A stretch of DNA of 64,000 nt from Candidatus Bathyarchaeota archaeon. Lineage in GTDB: Archaea; Thermoproteota; Bathyarchaeia; Bathyarchaeales; Bathycorpusculaceae. Shown here piece after piece: positions 48,549 to 59,896 of the stretch. The stretch is from assembly GCA_963717465.1 (NCBI GenBank), contig OY970340.1, forward strand, positions 1,984,001 to 2,048,000. Direction: 5' to 3'. A program made the position numbers and the translations under genes. The notes beneath the pieces were generated by a model. The model was not told where the DNA came from and did no database searches. It saw nothing but the letters and a program-made list of their open reading frames with translations. Each line of letters starts with the position of its first letter. Positions within the stretch are counted from its first letter, which is position 1.

Positions 48549-49610
48549 TTAGTCTTCAGGAAGTGCCGGTTGTTGTTGTGTGACGCAGTGAATTGCACCG
48601 AAGCCGCATAATAAGTCAACGCAGTTTATGCCAACTACTTTTCTTTTTGGGAATAGTTTTTGGATGGTATTAAGAACATCTTTGTCTTTTTTAGATTTAA
48701 AGGTTGGAACTAGAACTGTCTTGTTGCCAATGTAGAAGTTTGTGTAGCTTGCTGGTAGCCTTTCCCCATTAAATTGAATGTTTCCTGGCATGGGTAACTT
48801 GATAACATCAAGTTTTTTGCCATCCTGATCAGTCGATTGGCAGAGCAACTCGTAATTTTTTCTTAAAACTTCGCTGTTTTCATCCTCGCCCTCTTCATAG
48901 GCGCACACAACTGTGGTAGGATTCACGAAACGTGCCACGTCATCGATGTGGCCATCCGTGTCATCGCCAGCTATGCCATTTTTCAACCAAATAATGTTTG
49001 AAACTCCCAAATAGTCCTGCAAAAACTTTTCAATATCTTCTTTCTTAAGTTGAGGATTTCTATTCTTGTTAAGCAGGCACTGCTCTGTTGTAAGTAAAGT
49101 TCCTTTACCGTTGACATCTACTGCGCCACCTTCAAGAACTATGCCCGGCTCAAAACACTTCAAAAGCATGTTTCGGTTAATAATGATAGGAATATCTGCA
49201 TCCTTCAACAATTCTGTGTATTTTTCTCCCCAAGAATTAAAAATCCAGTGCACCATTGCTATTTCATGCTTTTGATTAAGCAGAAATATTGGCCCGTAAT
49301 CGCGGAACCAGACGTCAGCATATTCAAACTGGAGAAAACGAACTTTGCTCAAATCAATGCGGCTCTGCCCGAGCAAGCTTGAAACTTTTTGATACATATC
49401 TTCGTCTTTCACGAAAAGATTGACATACTCATGCTCATGGATTGCCTTAATAATTTGGACAAAAGTACACTCAACTTTTTCAACGCCTGAAATGAAAGTG
49501 GTTGGATCATAAGGCCACGCTAGCCAGATAGCCTCATGCTTAGCCCATTCCGCAGGCATACGGTATCCTAATTCGCGAGGCGTCTTGTGAACATATTTAG
49601 TTTCATTCAT
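48549..49610 (-). CDS. aguA: Agmatine deiminase
   Basis: MPAEW, WFRDYGP, LEGG, DDTDGHID, GAIHCVTQQ. Confidence 0.95.
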   Translation of the reverse strand: MNETKYVHKTPRELGYRMPAEWAKHEAIWLAWPYDPTTFISGVEKVECTFVQIIKAIHEHEYVNLFVKDEDMYQKVSSLLGQSRIDLSKVRFLQFEYADVWFRDYGPIFLLNQKHEIAMVHWIFNSWGEKYTELLKDADIPIIINRNMLLKCFEPGIVLEGGAVDVNGKGTLLTTEQCLLNKNRNPQLKKEDIEKFLQDYLGVSNIIWLKNGIAGDDTDGHIDDVARFVNPTTVVCAYEEGEDENSEVLRKNYELLCQSTDQDGKKLDVIKLPMPGNIQFNGERLPASYTNFYIGNKTVLVPTFKSKKDKDVLNTIQKLFPKRKVVGINCVDLLCGFGAIHCVTQQQPALPED

Positions 49611-49621
49611 TGCGATTCCCG

Positions 49622-50518
49622 CTAATGTATTTTTTCAATAAGCGACTTATAAGTATCTGGTCGTCGATTGTTAAGAAACCCCCATCCTTCTTGGATTTCT
49701 ATGTTTCTATCTAGATCAATTTTTGCGATAAGCACTTCTTCTTTGGTGTAACTTGCTTCTTTAAGCACTTTCCCAAAAGAGTCACAGACAAATGAGCCAC
49801 CCCAAAACCTCAATCGGCCCTCCACGCCAACTCTGTTCACAGCGGCAACGTGCACGCCGTTAGCTATGGCATGGGCTCGTTGCACTGTTTTCCAAGCATC
49901 ATGCCAGTCCCCATCCTTCGACTTGTAACCTTTAATGTTACCAATTGCTGTCGGGTAAAAAATGATTTCTGCACCCTTGAGTGTTAAAATTCTTGCAGCT
50001 TCAGGGAACCACTGATCATAGCAGATAAGCACTCCAACACGGGCATAATGGGTCTCAAAAATGCAGTAGCCTGTGTCACCTTCTGCAAAATAGTTCTTTT
50101 CATAAAACAATGGGTCATGCGGCAGATGCACTTTACGGTAAGACCCCAAAATTCTCCCATCTGCATCAATTACAACGGTTGAGTTGTAGTATTTTCCGTT
50201 GGAAGCCTTTTCGAACAACGGCGCTATAATGACAACCTTATTCTTTTTCGCTAGCTCTGAGAAAGCGTCTGTCGATGCGCCAGGAACTGTTTCAGCCAAT
50301 TCATGCACATCCTGCTTTTCAATCTGAGGAAAATAAGTGGTTCTGTAAAGTTCTTGAAGACAAATTATTTGAGCGCCCTGCTTTGAAGCTTCCAAGATTT
50401 TGTTTGCTGTTCTTTCCATGTTTTCTGCAATGTTAACTGTAGTGGTGGCTTGGATGAGTCCCACAGTAACAATTTTTCTTTTGCCTTCAGCAGTAAAAGA
50501 TTCTGAGTTTGCGGCCAT
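49622..50518 (-). CDS. aguB: N-carbamoylputrescine amidase (CN hydrolase)
   Basis: CLQEL, YRKVH, ICYDQWFPE, YPTAIG; adjacent to aguA. Confidence 0.9.
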   Translation of the reverse strand: MAANSESFTAEGKRKIVTVGLIQATTTVNIAENMERTANKILEASKQGAQIICLQELYRTTYFPQIEKQDVHELAETVPGASTDAFSELAKKNKVVIIAPLFEKASNGKYYNSTVVIDADGRILGSYRKVHLPHDPLFYEKNYFAEGDTGYCIFETHYARVGVLICYDQWFPEAARILTLKGAEIIFYPTAIGNIKGYKSKDGDWHDAWKTVQRAHAIANGVHVAAVNRVGVEGRLRFWGGSFVCDSFGKVLKEASYTKEEVLIAKIDLDRNIEIQEGWGFLNNRRPDTYKSLIEKIH

Positions 50519-50769
50519 TTTTGTTCCTTGAGGTCAACTATTAACTTATTGTTAAGTAATAACTTTTCTGAGCCGATAGAGAAAAATCAAGAAAAATATG
50601 ATTTCCAATTCTTGTGTTAGCTTATCACTTTTTGCTTAACAACTTTACAGTGCTTTTGAAGCTTGGCAAAATTTGTCTCCTAAGTTCGAATTTTTATGTA
50701 AACTAATCGAACTAGCAAGTGGAAAACAAAGACAGTGCCTGTAAAGGAACTGACTCAATAGATAATAAA

Positions 50770-51687
50770 TTAATCCTTTGAGTTAGTTTCAACCTCTCGT
50801 GTTTCCCTTGGGGCGGTTTTTACATGCATCATTTTGGGATAAACAAAGCGCACTATCAGGTATAGAACAAATACTATGCTTGTTATGAAAAAACTAACTG
50901 GGTATGGTTCGTAAAATGCGATGAAAAGCCCTAACCATGTTGCCAGCAAAGCGATGATGACAGAAACAACTATGGCTTGTCGTGGTTTCTTGGTTAATGT
51001 TTGTGCAATGGCTGCAGGCGTGACCATTAACGAGAAAATCAATAAGACGCCGACTACTTGAACTGCAATTGAGGTTGCGAACGCGACTAAAAGCATGAAA
51101 ATTATGCCTATTAAAAGCATGGGCATGCCTTTTGCCTCTGCAACATCCTCGTCCAAGGAGGTAAATAAAAGTGGTCGGTAAACGACTGCGAGTGTAATTA
51201 GAATTGGGATACTGACAGCCAGTGTAAGCAGGACATCACTTGCGCTTATGCCTAATATTTCTCCAAACAATATGGAGTATGCCTCGGTAGCATATCCAGT
51301 ATAAAGGCTGATGAATAGAACGCCTAAGCCAAGCATGAAGGCAAGAACTGTCCCAATTTGGACATCACGATTGGAAGCTTTGGGGCCAAGTATTGCTATC
51401 CCCGTTCCCCCGACGGATGTAAATAGCAAAAGACCGAAGACTGGATTGATGTTAAATAATACGGCGCCTGCTGCACCAGCAAAACCGATATGTGAAAGAG
51501 CATGCGCGGCAAACGATGATCTTCTTAAAACCACAAAGTAGCCTACGATGCCAGCCACGATAGCAATGATTGTTCCCGCTTCGAAAGCGTGTTGCATGAA
51601 TTGCCATTGAAAAATTTGTTGCAAATCGTAAATTGGATTTAAGCTAAAGCTCAAGCTATTTCTACCCCTTTTCTTTGTCATCATCAC
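50770..51687 (-). CDS. Metal ABC transporter permease (ZnuB/MntB-like)
   Basis: HALSHIGFAG, LFGEILG, SLDEDVAEAKG. Confidence 0.9.
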   Translation of the reverse strand: MMMTKKRGRNSLSFSLNPIYDLQQIFQWQFMQHAFEAGTIIAIVAGIVGYFVVLRRSSFAAHALSHIGFAGAAGAVLFNINPVFGLLLFTSVGGTGIAILGPKASNRDVQIGTVLAFMLGLGVLFISLYTGYATEAYSILFGEILGISASDVLLTLAVSIPILITLAVVYRPLLFTSLDEDVAEAKGMPMLLIGIIFMLLVAFATSIAVQVVGVLLIFSLMVTPAAIAQTLTKKPRQAIVVSVIIALLATWLGLFIAFYEPYPVSFFITSIVFVLYLIVRFVYPKMMHVKTAPRETREVETNSKD

Positions 51688-52552
51688 AGGTCGTACATCG
51701 ATTGCTCCCTAGAGGGTCTATCCCTTTGTCCGTGTCTGCACCTGAACCGATAATGGCAATATTGCCCTTAGAGTCGTGAACGACTTCAATGGGAATTTCA
51801 TACAGAGCAGAAAGGCGCTCTGAAGTTAGAACTTCTTTTGGTTTCCCAACCGCTACTTTACCGTTAGCAATGTAAATCACGTTGTCAAGAAAAGGCAAAA
51901 GAGGATTTATGTCGTGAGCTACAAGAAAAGCCGTCACGTTTCGCTGCCGAACAACACTGTCAACGAGTTGCACCAGTTCTCTTCCGCGTCTAATATCAAG
52001 ATTAGATAACGGTTCATCAAGTAAAAGTATATTGGGATTACTCACCAATGCCTCGGCTAAAAATATTCTTTGCAATTCGCCGCCAGATAAAGCACTAAGA
52101 GACCGATGTGCTAACTCTGAAGCTCCTACGGCTTGAAGGGTGTCAAGTGCAATTTTTCGATCCTTATCAGAGAAGAGGCGCAAACCCCACTTATTACCAG
52201 AAACCGCCAGTTGCACCAATTCTATACATTCAACGCTCGCATCACTATCAATTGCATGGCGTTGAGGAACATAACCGATTTGTGGGTTGCCACGCGTAGG
52301 TCGACTATTAAATAATTTAATGTTTCCGCTAAGCGGCTGCTGCAAGCCTAGCAATAAACGAAACAAGGTTGTTTTACCTGCGCCATTAGGACCAATTACC
52401 GCAACGAACTCACCACGGTTGATTGTAAAGTTTGCATTTCGCCAAACTGTCTTGCCGGGGTAGCCTGCAGCTAAGTTGTCAGCTGTAACCGCTGGTATAC
52501 CATTAATTTGAGCTGTATCAATATTTGTACTGCTTGTTCCCAAATATATCAC
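51662..52552 (-). CDS. Metal ABC transporter ATPase
   Basis: GPNGAGKTT, LSGGELQR, LLLDEP. Confidence 0.95.
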   Translation of the reverse strand: MIYLGTSSTNIDTAQINGIPAVTADNLAAGYPGKTVWRNANFTINRGEFVAVIGPNGAGKTTLFRLLLGLQQPLSGNIKLFNSRPTRGNPQIGYVPQRHAIDSDASVECIELVQLAVSGNKWGLRLFSDKDRKIALDTLQAVGASELAHRSLSALSGGELQRIFLAEALVSNPNILLLDEPLSNLDIRRGRELVQLVDSVVRQRNVTAFLVAHDINPLLPFLDNVIYIANGKVAVGKPKEVLTSERLSALYEIPIEVVHDSKGNIAIIGSGADTDKGIDPLGSNRCTTCDDDKEKG

Positions 52553-53471
52553 TTTGTTGCTGTTGAATTTAGTGCAGCTTGTAAGGATATTAATTCCGAG
52601 TTCATCCAGTCTTGGAAATTCTCGTTGGGTGGCACTACAGTTTCTGTGATCCCGACCACTGCAACGCCATTCTGGCGAGCGATGGTTTGCATTGTAGTTG
52701 TAATAGTTGTTATAGTTTGATTGTTATAGACTAGCACTTTTACATTACCGCTTTCTAGTTGCGTTTGAAACTGTGTTATGCTTTGTGCTGACGGATCATT
52801 TCCTTCCGAAATTGCTTGCATAAAATCAGGGGGGGAAACAAGGTTAAGGTCTGTTGCGTCTGCTAAATACACGAAGATACTCTCGGTGGAAGCCACTTCT
52901 GTGCCGTTGAATTGGGCTTTGATTTGGTCGATTCGCTGGTTATAGACGCCTAGCGATTGGTTCAAAGCTGTATATTGTTGGGTGTAGTAAGAGGTGCCAT
53001 TTGGGTCGAGGGAAACAAGGTCAAGGTACATTTGATGAACGGTTATATTTACGTAAGAGGGACTATACCAGAAATGGGGGTTAGCACCTACACTTTGCCC
53101 TAGGAGGTTTGCCACGTTCAATACCTTTTGATTGGGATTGGTGTTGGCAGAAGTAAGATCTGCCATCCAATCATCATATCCAGCGCCATTCATAATTACA
53201 TAGTTAGCTGTTGCAACAGCTCGAGCATCGCCTGAATTGCTTTCGTACTCATGCGGGTCAGCATTTGGATCAGTTACAATACTCTTAACTTGGACGCGGG
53301 TTCCGCCAAGTTGTGATATAGGCTTCCCCAGAAGTTTTCGGCTGCGACTACCTGCAACCCTTTTGAGCTTGAAGTTAATGGGAGATTTTGTGATAAAAGT
53401 ACTCCTATTACTGTCGCCGCAATAATTATTGCTATCAATATTGCTACTTTGATGTAGGAACGCTGTTTCAT
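52549..53471 (-). CDS. Metal ABC substrate-binding protein, ZnuA/TroA-type (frameshift near 53319)
   Basis: AAENFWGSL in one frame continues as SQLGG...DPHEYE...NGAGYD..NPHFWY in another. Confidence 0.9.
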
Positions 53472-53504
53472 GAGTGGCTCTCTGATATAAGTTTGGAAAA
53501 AGAT

Positions 53505-53534
53505 GTTATTAAATTTTGTTAATTTTTTAATAAC
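53505..53534. promoter_or_regulatory. Candidate NikR operator
   Basis: GTTATTAAA-N12-TTTAATAAC (TTATTA-N16-TAATAA) between the divergent SBP and nikR genes. Confidence 0.65.
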
Positions 53535-53647
53535 TATTTAAATAAGAAAAACAGAAAAATTATTAAACAATATAAACGCTAAACACCAAAAAAACTAAAA
53601 TAAAACAAACATAACTATAAGACAGCAACACAAAAAGATGAGACCTT

Positions 53648-54058
53648 ATGAGCATCATTAGCCTCTCACTGCCAACAGAATTGCTTGAAGAACTAGATTC
53701 CATCCTTGGGGAGAAAAAAAACGCGACAAGATCAGAAGTTCTAAGGCAAGCTGTCCGAAACTACATAATCGAGTATAAAGAGCTTGACAAGCTCCACAGC
53801 AATGTCATAGCCACGATATCTGTACTTTATGAAAAGAAAGAGCAAAATGAAGAATTATTTAAGTTGCAACATGAGTTTAGTGATATGATAACTGCTTATC
53901 TTCATTCACATTTAACGGAGACTGATTGCTTAGAAGTTATGATAATTAAAGGACCTTCAAAGCGTTTAAAGAATCTAATTGATGGGTTAAAAGCTAACAA
54001 GCCAGTTAAGAAAATCAAATTCTCCATCATGCTGGCCACCGATGATGCGGAAAATTAG
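53648..54058 (+). CDS. nikR: NikR family regulator
   Basis: RHH N-terminus, RSE..R.A, QH..HSH..DCLE metal ligands. Confidence 0.85.
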   Translation: MSIISLSLPTELLEELDSILGEKKNATRSEVLRQAVRNYIIEYKELDKLHSNVIATISVLYEKKEQNEELFKLQHEFSDMITAYLHSHLTETDCLEVMIIKGPSKRLKNLIDGLKANKPVKKIKFSIMLATDDAEN

Positions 54059-54081
54059 CATGCGAGCTCAAGTAATCTTTA

Positions 54082-54750
54082 CTATTTGGAGCTTGGGTTG
54101 CCAAGAGACTCACGCGTTATCGTGGCATTCATCCCATCAAATCCAACGTTGATTTTGTCACCATCATCTTTCAGGACAATGCCATCTAAATATTTGAGCC
54201 AGCAGCAGAAGGAAGGGAAAGCGTACTTTATGAGAGGCATAATATGCAAATCATGTGTAACAATTATTGTTACTTTTCCAGTTGTGCAATATTTTTCGTC
54301 GAGGAGCGATCGATACGTAGTTTTGGCATATTCTTCGACAGGATAGAATGCTGTTTGCGGATTTTTGCCATTCATCCAGTTTTCAATAAATTCGTTCCAG
54401 TGACCTGAATAAAATGCTCTTTCATATTCCTTGGAGTTCTTCATTGGTGATGCGAAAAATATCTGTGAAGGTCCAATGGCATTTCTTTTAGCTTGTTTAA
54501 GACCAATCGTTATGGCCTCAGCCGTTTCGATCACTCTTCGCGAACCCCAACTAAAAATTTGAAATTGTAACGTGCTGTCAGAAACTCCGATCTCTTTTCC
54601 GAATTTTACTGCGGCAGCATAACCTTCCTTGGTGATGCTTAGATCTCTTTCATTTTCCAAGCTTATGATATCTGGTCTCTTTGCATGTCTAATGACTGCA
54701 AGTCTTCTGTCCCCATCGAATCTAATCATCATTTCTTTAATACCCGCCAA
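54082..54750 (-). CDS. Histidine phosphatase family protein
   Basis: IRHA, RVIETA, VTHD. Confidence 0.8.
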   Translation of the reverse strand: MAGIKEMMIRFDGDRRLAVIRHAKRPDIISLENERDLSITKEGYAAAVKFGKEIGVSDSTLQFQIFSWGSRRVIETAEAITIGLKQAKRNAIGPSQIFFASPMKNSKEYERAFYSGHWNEFIENWMNGKNPQTAFYPVEEYAKTTYRSLLDEKYCTTGKVTIIVTHDLHIMPLIKYAFPSFCCWLKYLDGIVLKDDGDKINVGFDGMNATITRESLGNPSSK

Positions 54751-54895
54751 ACACTTGAGCTCCTACAAAGATATTTGCAAGGCCAACTTTTGATCTTCTA
54801 TCCCTTAATCTTTTCTCAAATACATGGAATAGCGATAATTTATATGCCTGAATATGAAGCTTACTAGCTCAGCCCATGGAAAGTGCTTTCCGGAA

Positions 54896-56371
54896 ATGAA
54901 AGATTCCAAACCCATTCAGACCCCTAAAATTCTAAATCTGCCCATTGGTACAGGCACGACAGGCAAACGTGTAGAAACAGATTCGATGGGAGAAATCAAG
55001 GTTCCGGCAGAACATTACTGGGGTGCACAAACCCAAAGATCGCTAATCCATTTCTCGATCGGCAACGATCGTATGCCACTAGAAGTTTACCACGCATATG
55101 GCTATGTGAAAAAAGCTGCGGCAATCGTCAATGCGGCTGAAGGATTGCTGCCTGGGTGGAAAGCTGAATTGATCTCGGGTGTTGCTGATGAGATTATAGC
55201 AGGAAAGCTTGACGCGGAGTTTCCATTGTACGTTTGGCAAACAGGGTCAGGTACGCAGTCTAACATGAACGTTAATGAAGTTATCAGCAATAGAGCCATT
55301 CAATTGGTCGGTGGAAAACTTGGAAGCAAAAAACCAATTCATCCAAACGACGATGTGAATATGAGTCAATCATCAAATGACACATTCCCAACAGCGATGC
55401 ACATTGCAACTGTAATCGAATTTAATACTCGCTTAATTCCTGCAGTTTCCGCGCTGAGAGACGCATTGTGGGAAAAAGCCAGGAAGTGGGTGGATGTTGT
55501 AAAGATTGGTCGCACTCATCTTCAGGACGCTACCCCATTGACTGTCGGTCAGGAATGGTCTGGATACGTGGTGCAACTTGACAACGCTCTTGAAATTGTA
55601 AAGCGCTCCCTTGAAAGACTTTATCAACTGGCTATGGGTGGAACTGCGGTTGGGACAGGAATTAATGCACCAGAGACTTTCGGGGAAAATGTGGCTGCTG
55701 AAATTTCAAAACTGACTAATTATCCCTTTGTTACCGCTCCAAACAAGTTCGAGGCACAAGCTTCAGCAGACGCAATGATACTTGCAAGCGCTTCGCTAAG
55801 GACTCTCGCAGTTGCTCTAATGAAGATTGCAAACGATATACGCTGGCTTGGCTCAGGTCCACGCGCGGGACTGCACGAGTTGATTTTGCCAAGTAATGAG
55901 CCAGGGAGCTCCATTATGCCTGGGAAAGTCAATCCGACTCAGGAAGAAGCTATGATAATGGTTTCTATCGAAGTAATAGGCGAGGACACTGCAAATGCCT
56001 TCGCTGGGTCGCTGGGAAATTTCGAGCTCAATGTAATGCGTCCAATAATTATCAATAATGTTTTGCATATGGCAAGAATCCTGGGCGATGCTTCGAATAA
56101 ATTGCGCGAGCATAGTATAGAGAGAATATCACTAGATAAAGGAAAAATAAGTAAGTATTTGGAAGACTCTTTAATGCTTGTTACAGCCTTAAGCCCAGTC
56201 ATTGGATACGACAAAGCCTCTGAAATTGCTCATTACGCATTAGACAATAATCTAAGCCTCAAGGAAGCTGCTTTAAAACTGAGCTATGTCAGTTCTAAAG
56301 ACTTCGATAGAATAATCAATCCGAAAAAGATGGTTGGAAACCCCAAGAAAGACCTAGGACTAATATCCTGA
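54896..56371 (+). CDS. fumC: Class II fumarate hydratase
   Basis: WQTGSGTQSNMN, GRTHLQDA, GSSIMPGKVNPTQ. Confidence 0.95.
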   Translation: MKDSKPIQTPKILNLPIGTGTTGKRVETDSMGEIKVPAEHYWGAQTQRSLIHFSIGNDRMPLEVYHAYGYVKKAAAIVNAAEGLLPGWKAELISGVADEIIAGKLDAEFPLYVWQTGSGTQSNMNVNEVISNRAIQLVGGKLGSKKPIHPNDDVNMSQSSNDTFPTAMHIATVIEFNTRLIPAVSALRDALWEKARKWVDVVKIGRTHLQDATPLTVGQEWSGYVVQLDNALEIVKRSLERLYQLAMGGTAVGTGINAPETFGENVAAEISKLTNYPFVTAPNKFEAQASADAMILASASLRTLAVALMKIANDIRWLGSGPRAGLHELILPSNEPGSSIMPGKVNPTQEEAMIMVSIEVIGEDTANAFAGSLGNFELNVMRPIIINNVLHMARILGDASNKLREHSIERISLDKGKISKYLEDSLMLVTALSPVIGYDKASEIAHYALDNNLSLKEAALKLSYVSSKDFDRIINPKKMVGNPKKDLGLIS

Positions 56372-56502
56372 TGTTGAGCACTTGGTAGCGAAAACTTGCT
56401 CTTTGCTAATTAGCTAATTTTTGGTTATTGCTCAAAGATGATACTGAGACTTTTGGGAAAAGATTAGAAAAAAAATAGAAGGAAAAGACTTGAGGCTATA
56501 GT

Positions 56503-57369
56503 TTATCTCATTTGTTGAGTTGTCATTGAGGGTTCTTGTGGCAATGCTTTACCTTCTATAAAAGCGAGAAGGTCTGCGTTTACTTGTTGTTTATAGGTTG
56601 TGCATAAACCGTGTGGTGCGCCCTTGTAAATTCTTAATATTGAATTTCTTATTATTTTGGCTGACAGCATAGACGAATCCGCAATGGGTACTATTTGATC
56701 GTCGTCGCCGTGTATAATTAGTGTGGGTATATTGATTTTTTTAAGGTCGTTTGTCATGTTCGTTTCGGAGAAGGCTTTGATGCTGAAATAGGCACCTGTT
56801 AATCCTGCCATCATTCCTTGATGCCAGAAAGAATTTCGGACGCCTTCAGAAACTTTTGCGCCTGGTCTGTTATAGCCATAAAATGACATCGATAAGTCCT
56901 TGAAAAGCTGCGATCGATCCGCGATTACAGCATTGCGAATTTGGTCAAAAACTTGCATAGGCAGTCCACCTGGATTCTCAGCTGTTTTCAACATTATCGG
57001 CGGAACCGCGCCAATAAGCACTATCTTTGACACTCGACTTACACCGTGACGAGCAATGTATCTTACAACTTCGCCACCGCCAGTAGAATGACCAACAAGA
57101 ACTGCGTCTTTTAGATCGAGTTTCTCCATAAGCTCTGCAAGATCATCTGCATAAGTGTCCATGTCATTACCTTTCCAAGGTTGGCTTGAACGTCCGTGTC
57201 CACGTCGATCATGGGCGATGCAACGGTAACCATGAGATGCTAAGAAAAACATTTGATCTTCAAAAGCATCTGAATTAAGAGGCCAGCCATGACTAAAGAC
57301 AACAGGTTGCCCATTGCCCCAATCTTTGTAATAGATATCTGTTCCATCTTGGGTCTTAATCTTTGGCAT
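56503..57369 (-). CDS. cpo: Non-heme chloroperoxidase-type alpha/beta hydrolase
   Basis: [36 protein letters not shown]. Confidence 0.9.
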   Translation of the reverse strand: MPKIKTQDGTDIYYKDWGNGQPVVFSHGWPLNSDAFEDQMFFLASHGYRCIAHDRRGHGRSSQPWKGNDMDTYADDLAELMEKLDLKDAVLVGHSTGGGEVVRYIARHGVSRVSKIVLIGAVPPIMLKTAENPGGLPMQVFDQIRNAVIADRSQLFKDLSMSFYGYNRPGAKVSEGVRNSFWHQGMMAGLTGAYFSIKAFSETNMTNDLKKINIPTLIIHGDDDQIVPIADSSMLSAKIIRNSILRIYKGAPHGLCTTYKQQVNADLLAFIEGKALPQEPSMTTQQMR

Positions 57370-57444
57370 TGTTCCTCTGAATTAAGAGGGATTTGTTGCG
57401 GTTATTTGAGCCTATGTTACATCAAATTGATCTCACTCTAATAA

Positions 57445-58431
57445 TCAGACAGGGTCTCTGTTTCGAGGACGAATCATTTTCAGGTCTTTTATATGCTTGT
57501 AAGCTTGAACTGCAGCAGTCGCTCCTTCTCCAGCCGCAGTTATAATCTGCATTCCTCCGCATGTGCAATCTCCTGCTGCAAATACGCCTTCGATATTTGT
57601 TGTTTGCCTTCTGTCAACTTGAATGCATCCTCTTTCGTCAAGTGAGACACCTGCTTTCTTTACAATATTGGTCATCGGTAGACTGCCAATTAGAATGAAA
57701 ACGCCGTCAACATTAAGTGTGTCTTCATTGTCGCTTGAGTCTATCACTTTTAGAGCTTTCACGAAGCCGTTGCCGACTATCTCTTTTGCTTTGGCATTAA
57801 GGATTTGTACGTTTGCTTTTTCCCTTGTTTTTTCAACGAGCACTTGTGTAGCTTCAATTTCTTCGCTTTGTATTACTACTATTACTTTTTTCGAAAATTT
57901 TGAAAGGTATATTGCGTCTTCAAAAGCATTGTCATTTGAACCTACAATTGCAACTATTTTATTTTTAAAGAAAGGTCCGTCGCAGACGGCGCAGTATGAT
58001 ATGCCTCGTCCAACATACTCAGATTCTCCAGGCAGCAAAAGCTTCTTCTGCTGGGTCCCAGTTGCAACTATTACTGATAAACCTTGAAATTTGCCAGACC
58101 TTGTCAACACCGTCTTTACTCTATCTTTAAGAACGGTATCCAAAACTTCTTCGGAGAATCTTGTTTCAGCTCCAAATTTCTCTGTCTGCTTGGTCATCTT
58201 TTCTACTAGTTCAGCGCCAGTTATACCTTCAGGAAAACCTGGAAAATTCTCCACTAAAGGTGCATAAATTGCTCTTCCACCAGGCAAAGTGCTATCAAGA
58301 ATCAAAGTCTTCAACTTCAATCTTGATGCGTAGATACCAGCGGCTAATCCAGCTGGGCCTGCTCCAATAATGATTACATCATAAAGTTCATCGGACGTAA
58401 TAATTGCCTCACTAAGGATAGAATATTTCAC
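57445..58431 (-). CDS. trxB: Thioredoxin reductase-like flavoprotein
   Basis: GAGPAG, SYCAVCDG, FAAGD. Confidence 0.9.
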   Translation of the reverse strand: MKYSILSEAIITSDELYDVIIIGAGPAGLAAGIYASRLKLKTLILDSTLPGGRAIYAPLVENFPGFPEGITGAELVEKMTKQTEKFGAETRFSEEVLDTVLKDRVKTVLTRSGKFQGLSVIVATGTQQKKLLLPGESEYVGRGISYCAVCDGPFFKNKIVAIVGSNDNAFEDAIYLSKFSKKVIVVIQSEEIEATQVLVEKTREKANVQILNAKAKEIVGNGFVKALKVIDSSDNEDTLNVDGVFILIGSLPMTNIVKKAGVSLDERGCIQVDRRQTTNIEGVFAAGDCTCGGMQIITAAGEGATAAVQAYKHIKDLKMIRPRNRDPV

Positions 58432-58530
58432 TTATAAAAGAGGTTGTTTCGGAAATGTATGATAATTTAATTTGGAAGCGCATGCTTTGTCTTACGTAAG
58501 TTTAAATGATTAGTGTGCTGAATTGTTTCT

Positions 58531-59896
58531 ATGCCTCGTTTGTGGTTTGACAAAGGCACAATTCTGTTGAAGGGAGAAGTTGGAACTCCCTATGGCAAAT
58601 GGGATCCTCGCGTTGGTTGTTATCGGCTTAAGGCAAGTCACTACAAGGACGCTGTTGATTATTTGAAAGAAAGCCGAATTCAGTTCGACGATGATGTCCC
58701 AGATCTGCCGCCTCTTGAACCGTTGAAAAGTAACATTGAATTACGAACTTACCAGCTTAAAGCTTTGGAAAATTGGAAGCGCGAAGGCAACAGGGGAGTA
58801 CTTGTTTTACCGACCGCAGCTGGAAAAACATTCATCGCCTTAAAAGCCATAGACATCCTGAAAAAACAGGCATTAATAATTGTTCCCACGTTAGACTTGC
58901 TTGACCAGTGGAAAAGGCGAATCAAGGAGTGCCTCGGCGTGGAAGCAGGCGTCGTAGGAGGCGGCGAAAACATCGTTCGCATGATTACCGTGTCTACTTA
59001 TGATTCAGCGTACACGCAGGCTGCGCAGTTAGGTAATCGTTTTCTTTTCTTGATATTTGACGAGGTTCATCATCTTGCTTCACCTGGTTACATGCAGATT
59101 GCTGAAATGTACATTGCGCCTTATCGAATGGGTTTAACTGCCACATACGAGAGAAGTGATCAGAGGCATTCACTGCTTCCATTGCTCGTCGGAGACCCGG
59201 TTTACTCCATCGCCATAGAAGAGTTGACTGGAAAACATCTTGCACCTTACGTTTACGAAAAAGTTGCCGTTGACTTGACTTCTGAGGAGCAGAAAATTTA
59301 CGATGCAGAGATGGGCAAATTTAAGAATTATCTGTATCAAAGGCACATAGTGCTAAAGAGTGTAGCTGATTTTCACCGTTTTATAATGATGACTGGCAGA
59401 GAACCGCACGCTAGAGAAGCGTTACTTGCACGAAACAAAGCGTTAAAGATTGCAGTGAACTCTGAGGCAAAGCTAAACCTCTTAGCAGAAAAGCTTGAAG
59501 AATTCGAAAACCAAAAAATTTTGATTTTCACTTTGTATAACGATCTTGTTTACGCAGTAAGCAAGCGTTTTCTTATTCCAGCAATCACTTACCAAAGTCC
59601 TAGGGAAGAGCGTCGCGAAATACTTGCCAATTTCGGAACCGGAAAATACAATGTTGTTGTCACTTCTCAGGTATTAGACGAAGGCGTGGATATAGCGGAC
59701 GCATCAGTAGGCTTAATACTGGGTGGGAACAGGAAGTGCGCGTGAGTACGTGCAGCGGCTTGGGCGGCTTCTTAGAAAGAAAGAGGGCAAAACTGCACGC
59801 CTTGTGGAAATAATTTCTAGGGAAACTGTGGAAGTTGGTATAAGCCGTAGGCGTCGTCAAAAGATGGGGGACTCAACAGGGGTTGCTGCCCAGTAG
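58531..59896 (+). CDS. xpb: XPB-type SF2 helicase (frameshift near 59725)
   Basis: PTAAGKT, DEVHH, GLTAT, LDEGVD; motif [19 protein letters not shown] in the next frame, stop 59894-59896. Confidence 0.9.
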
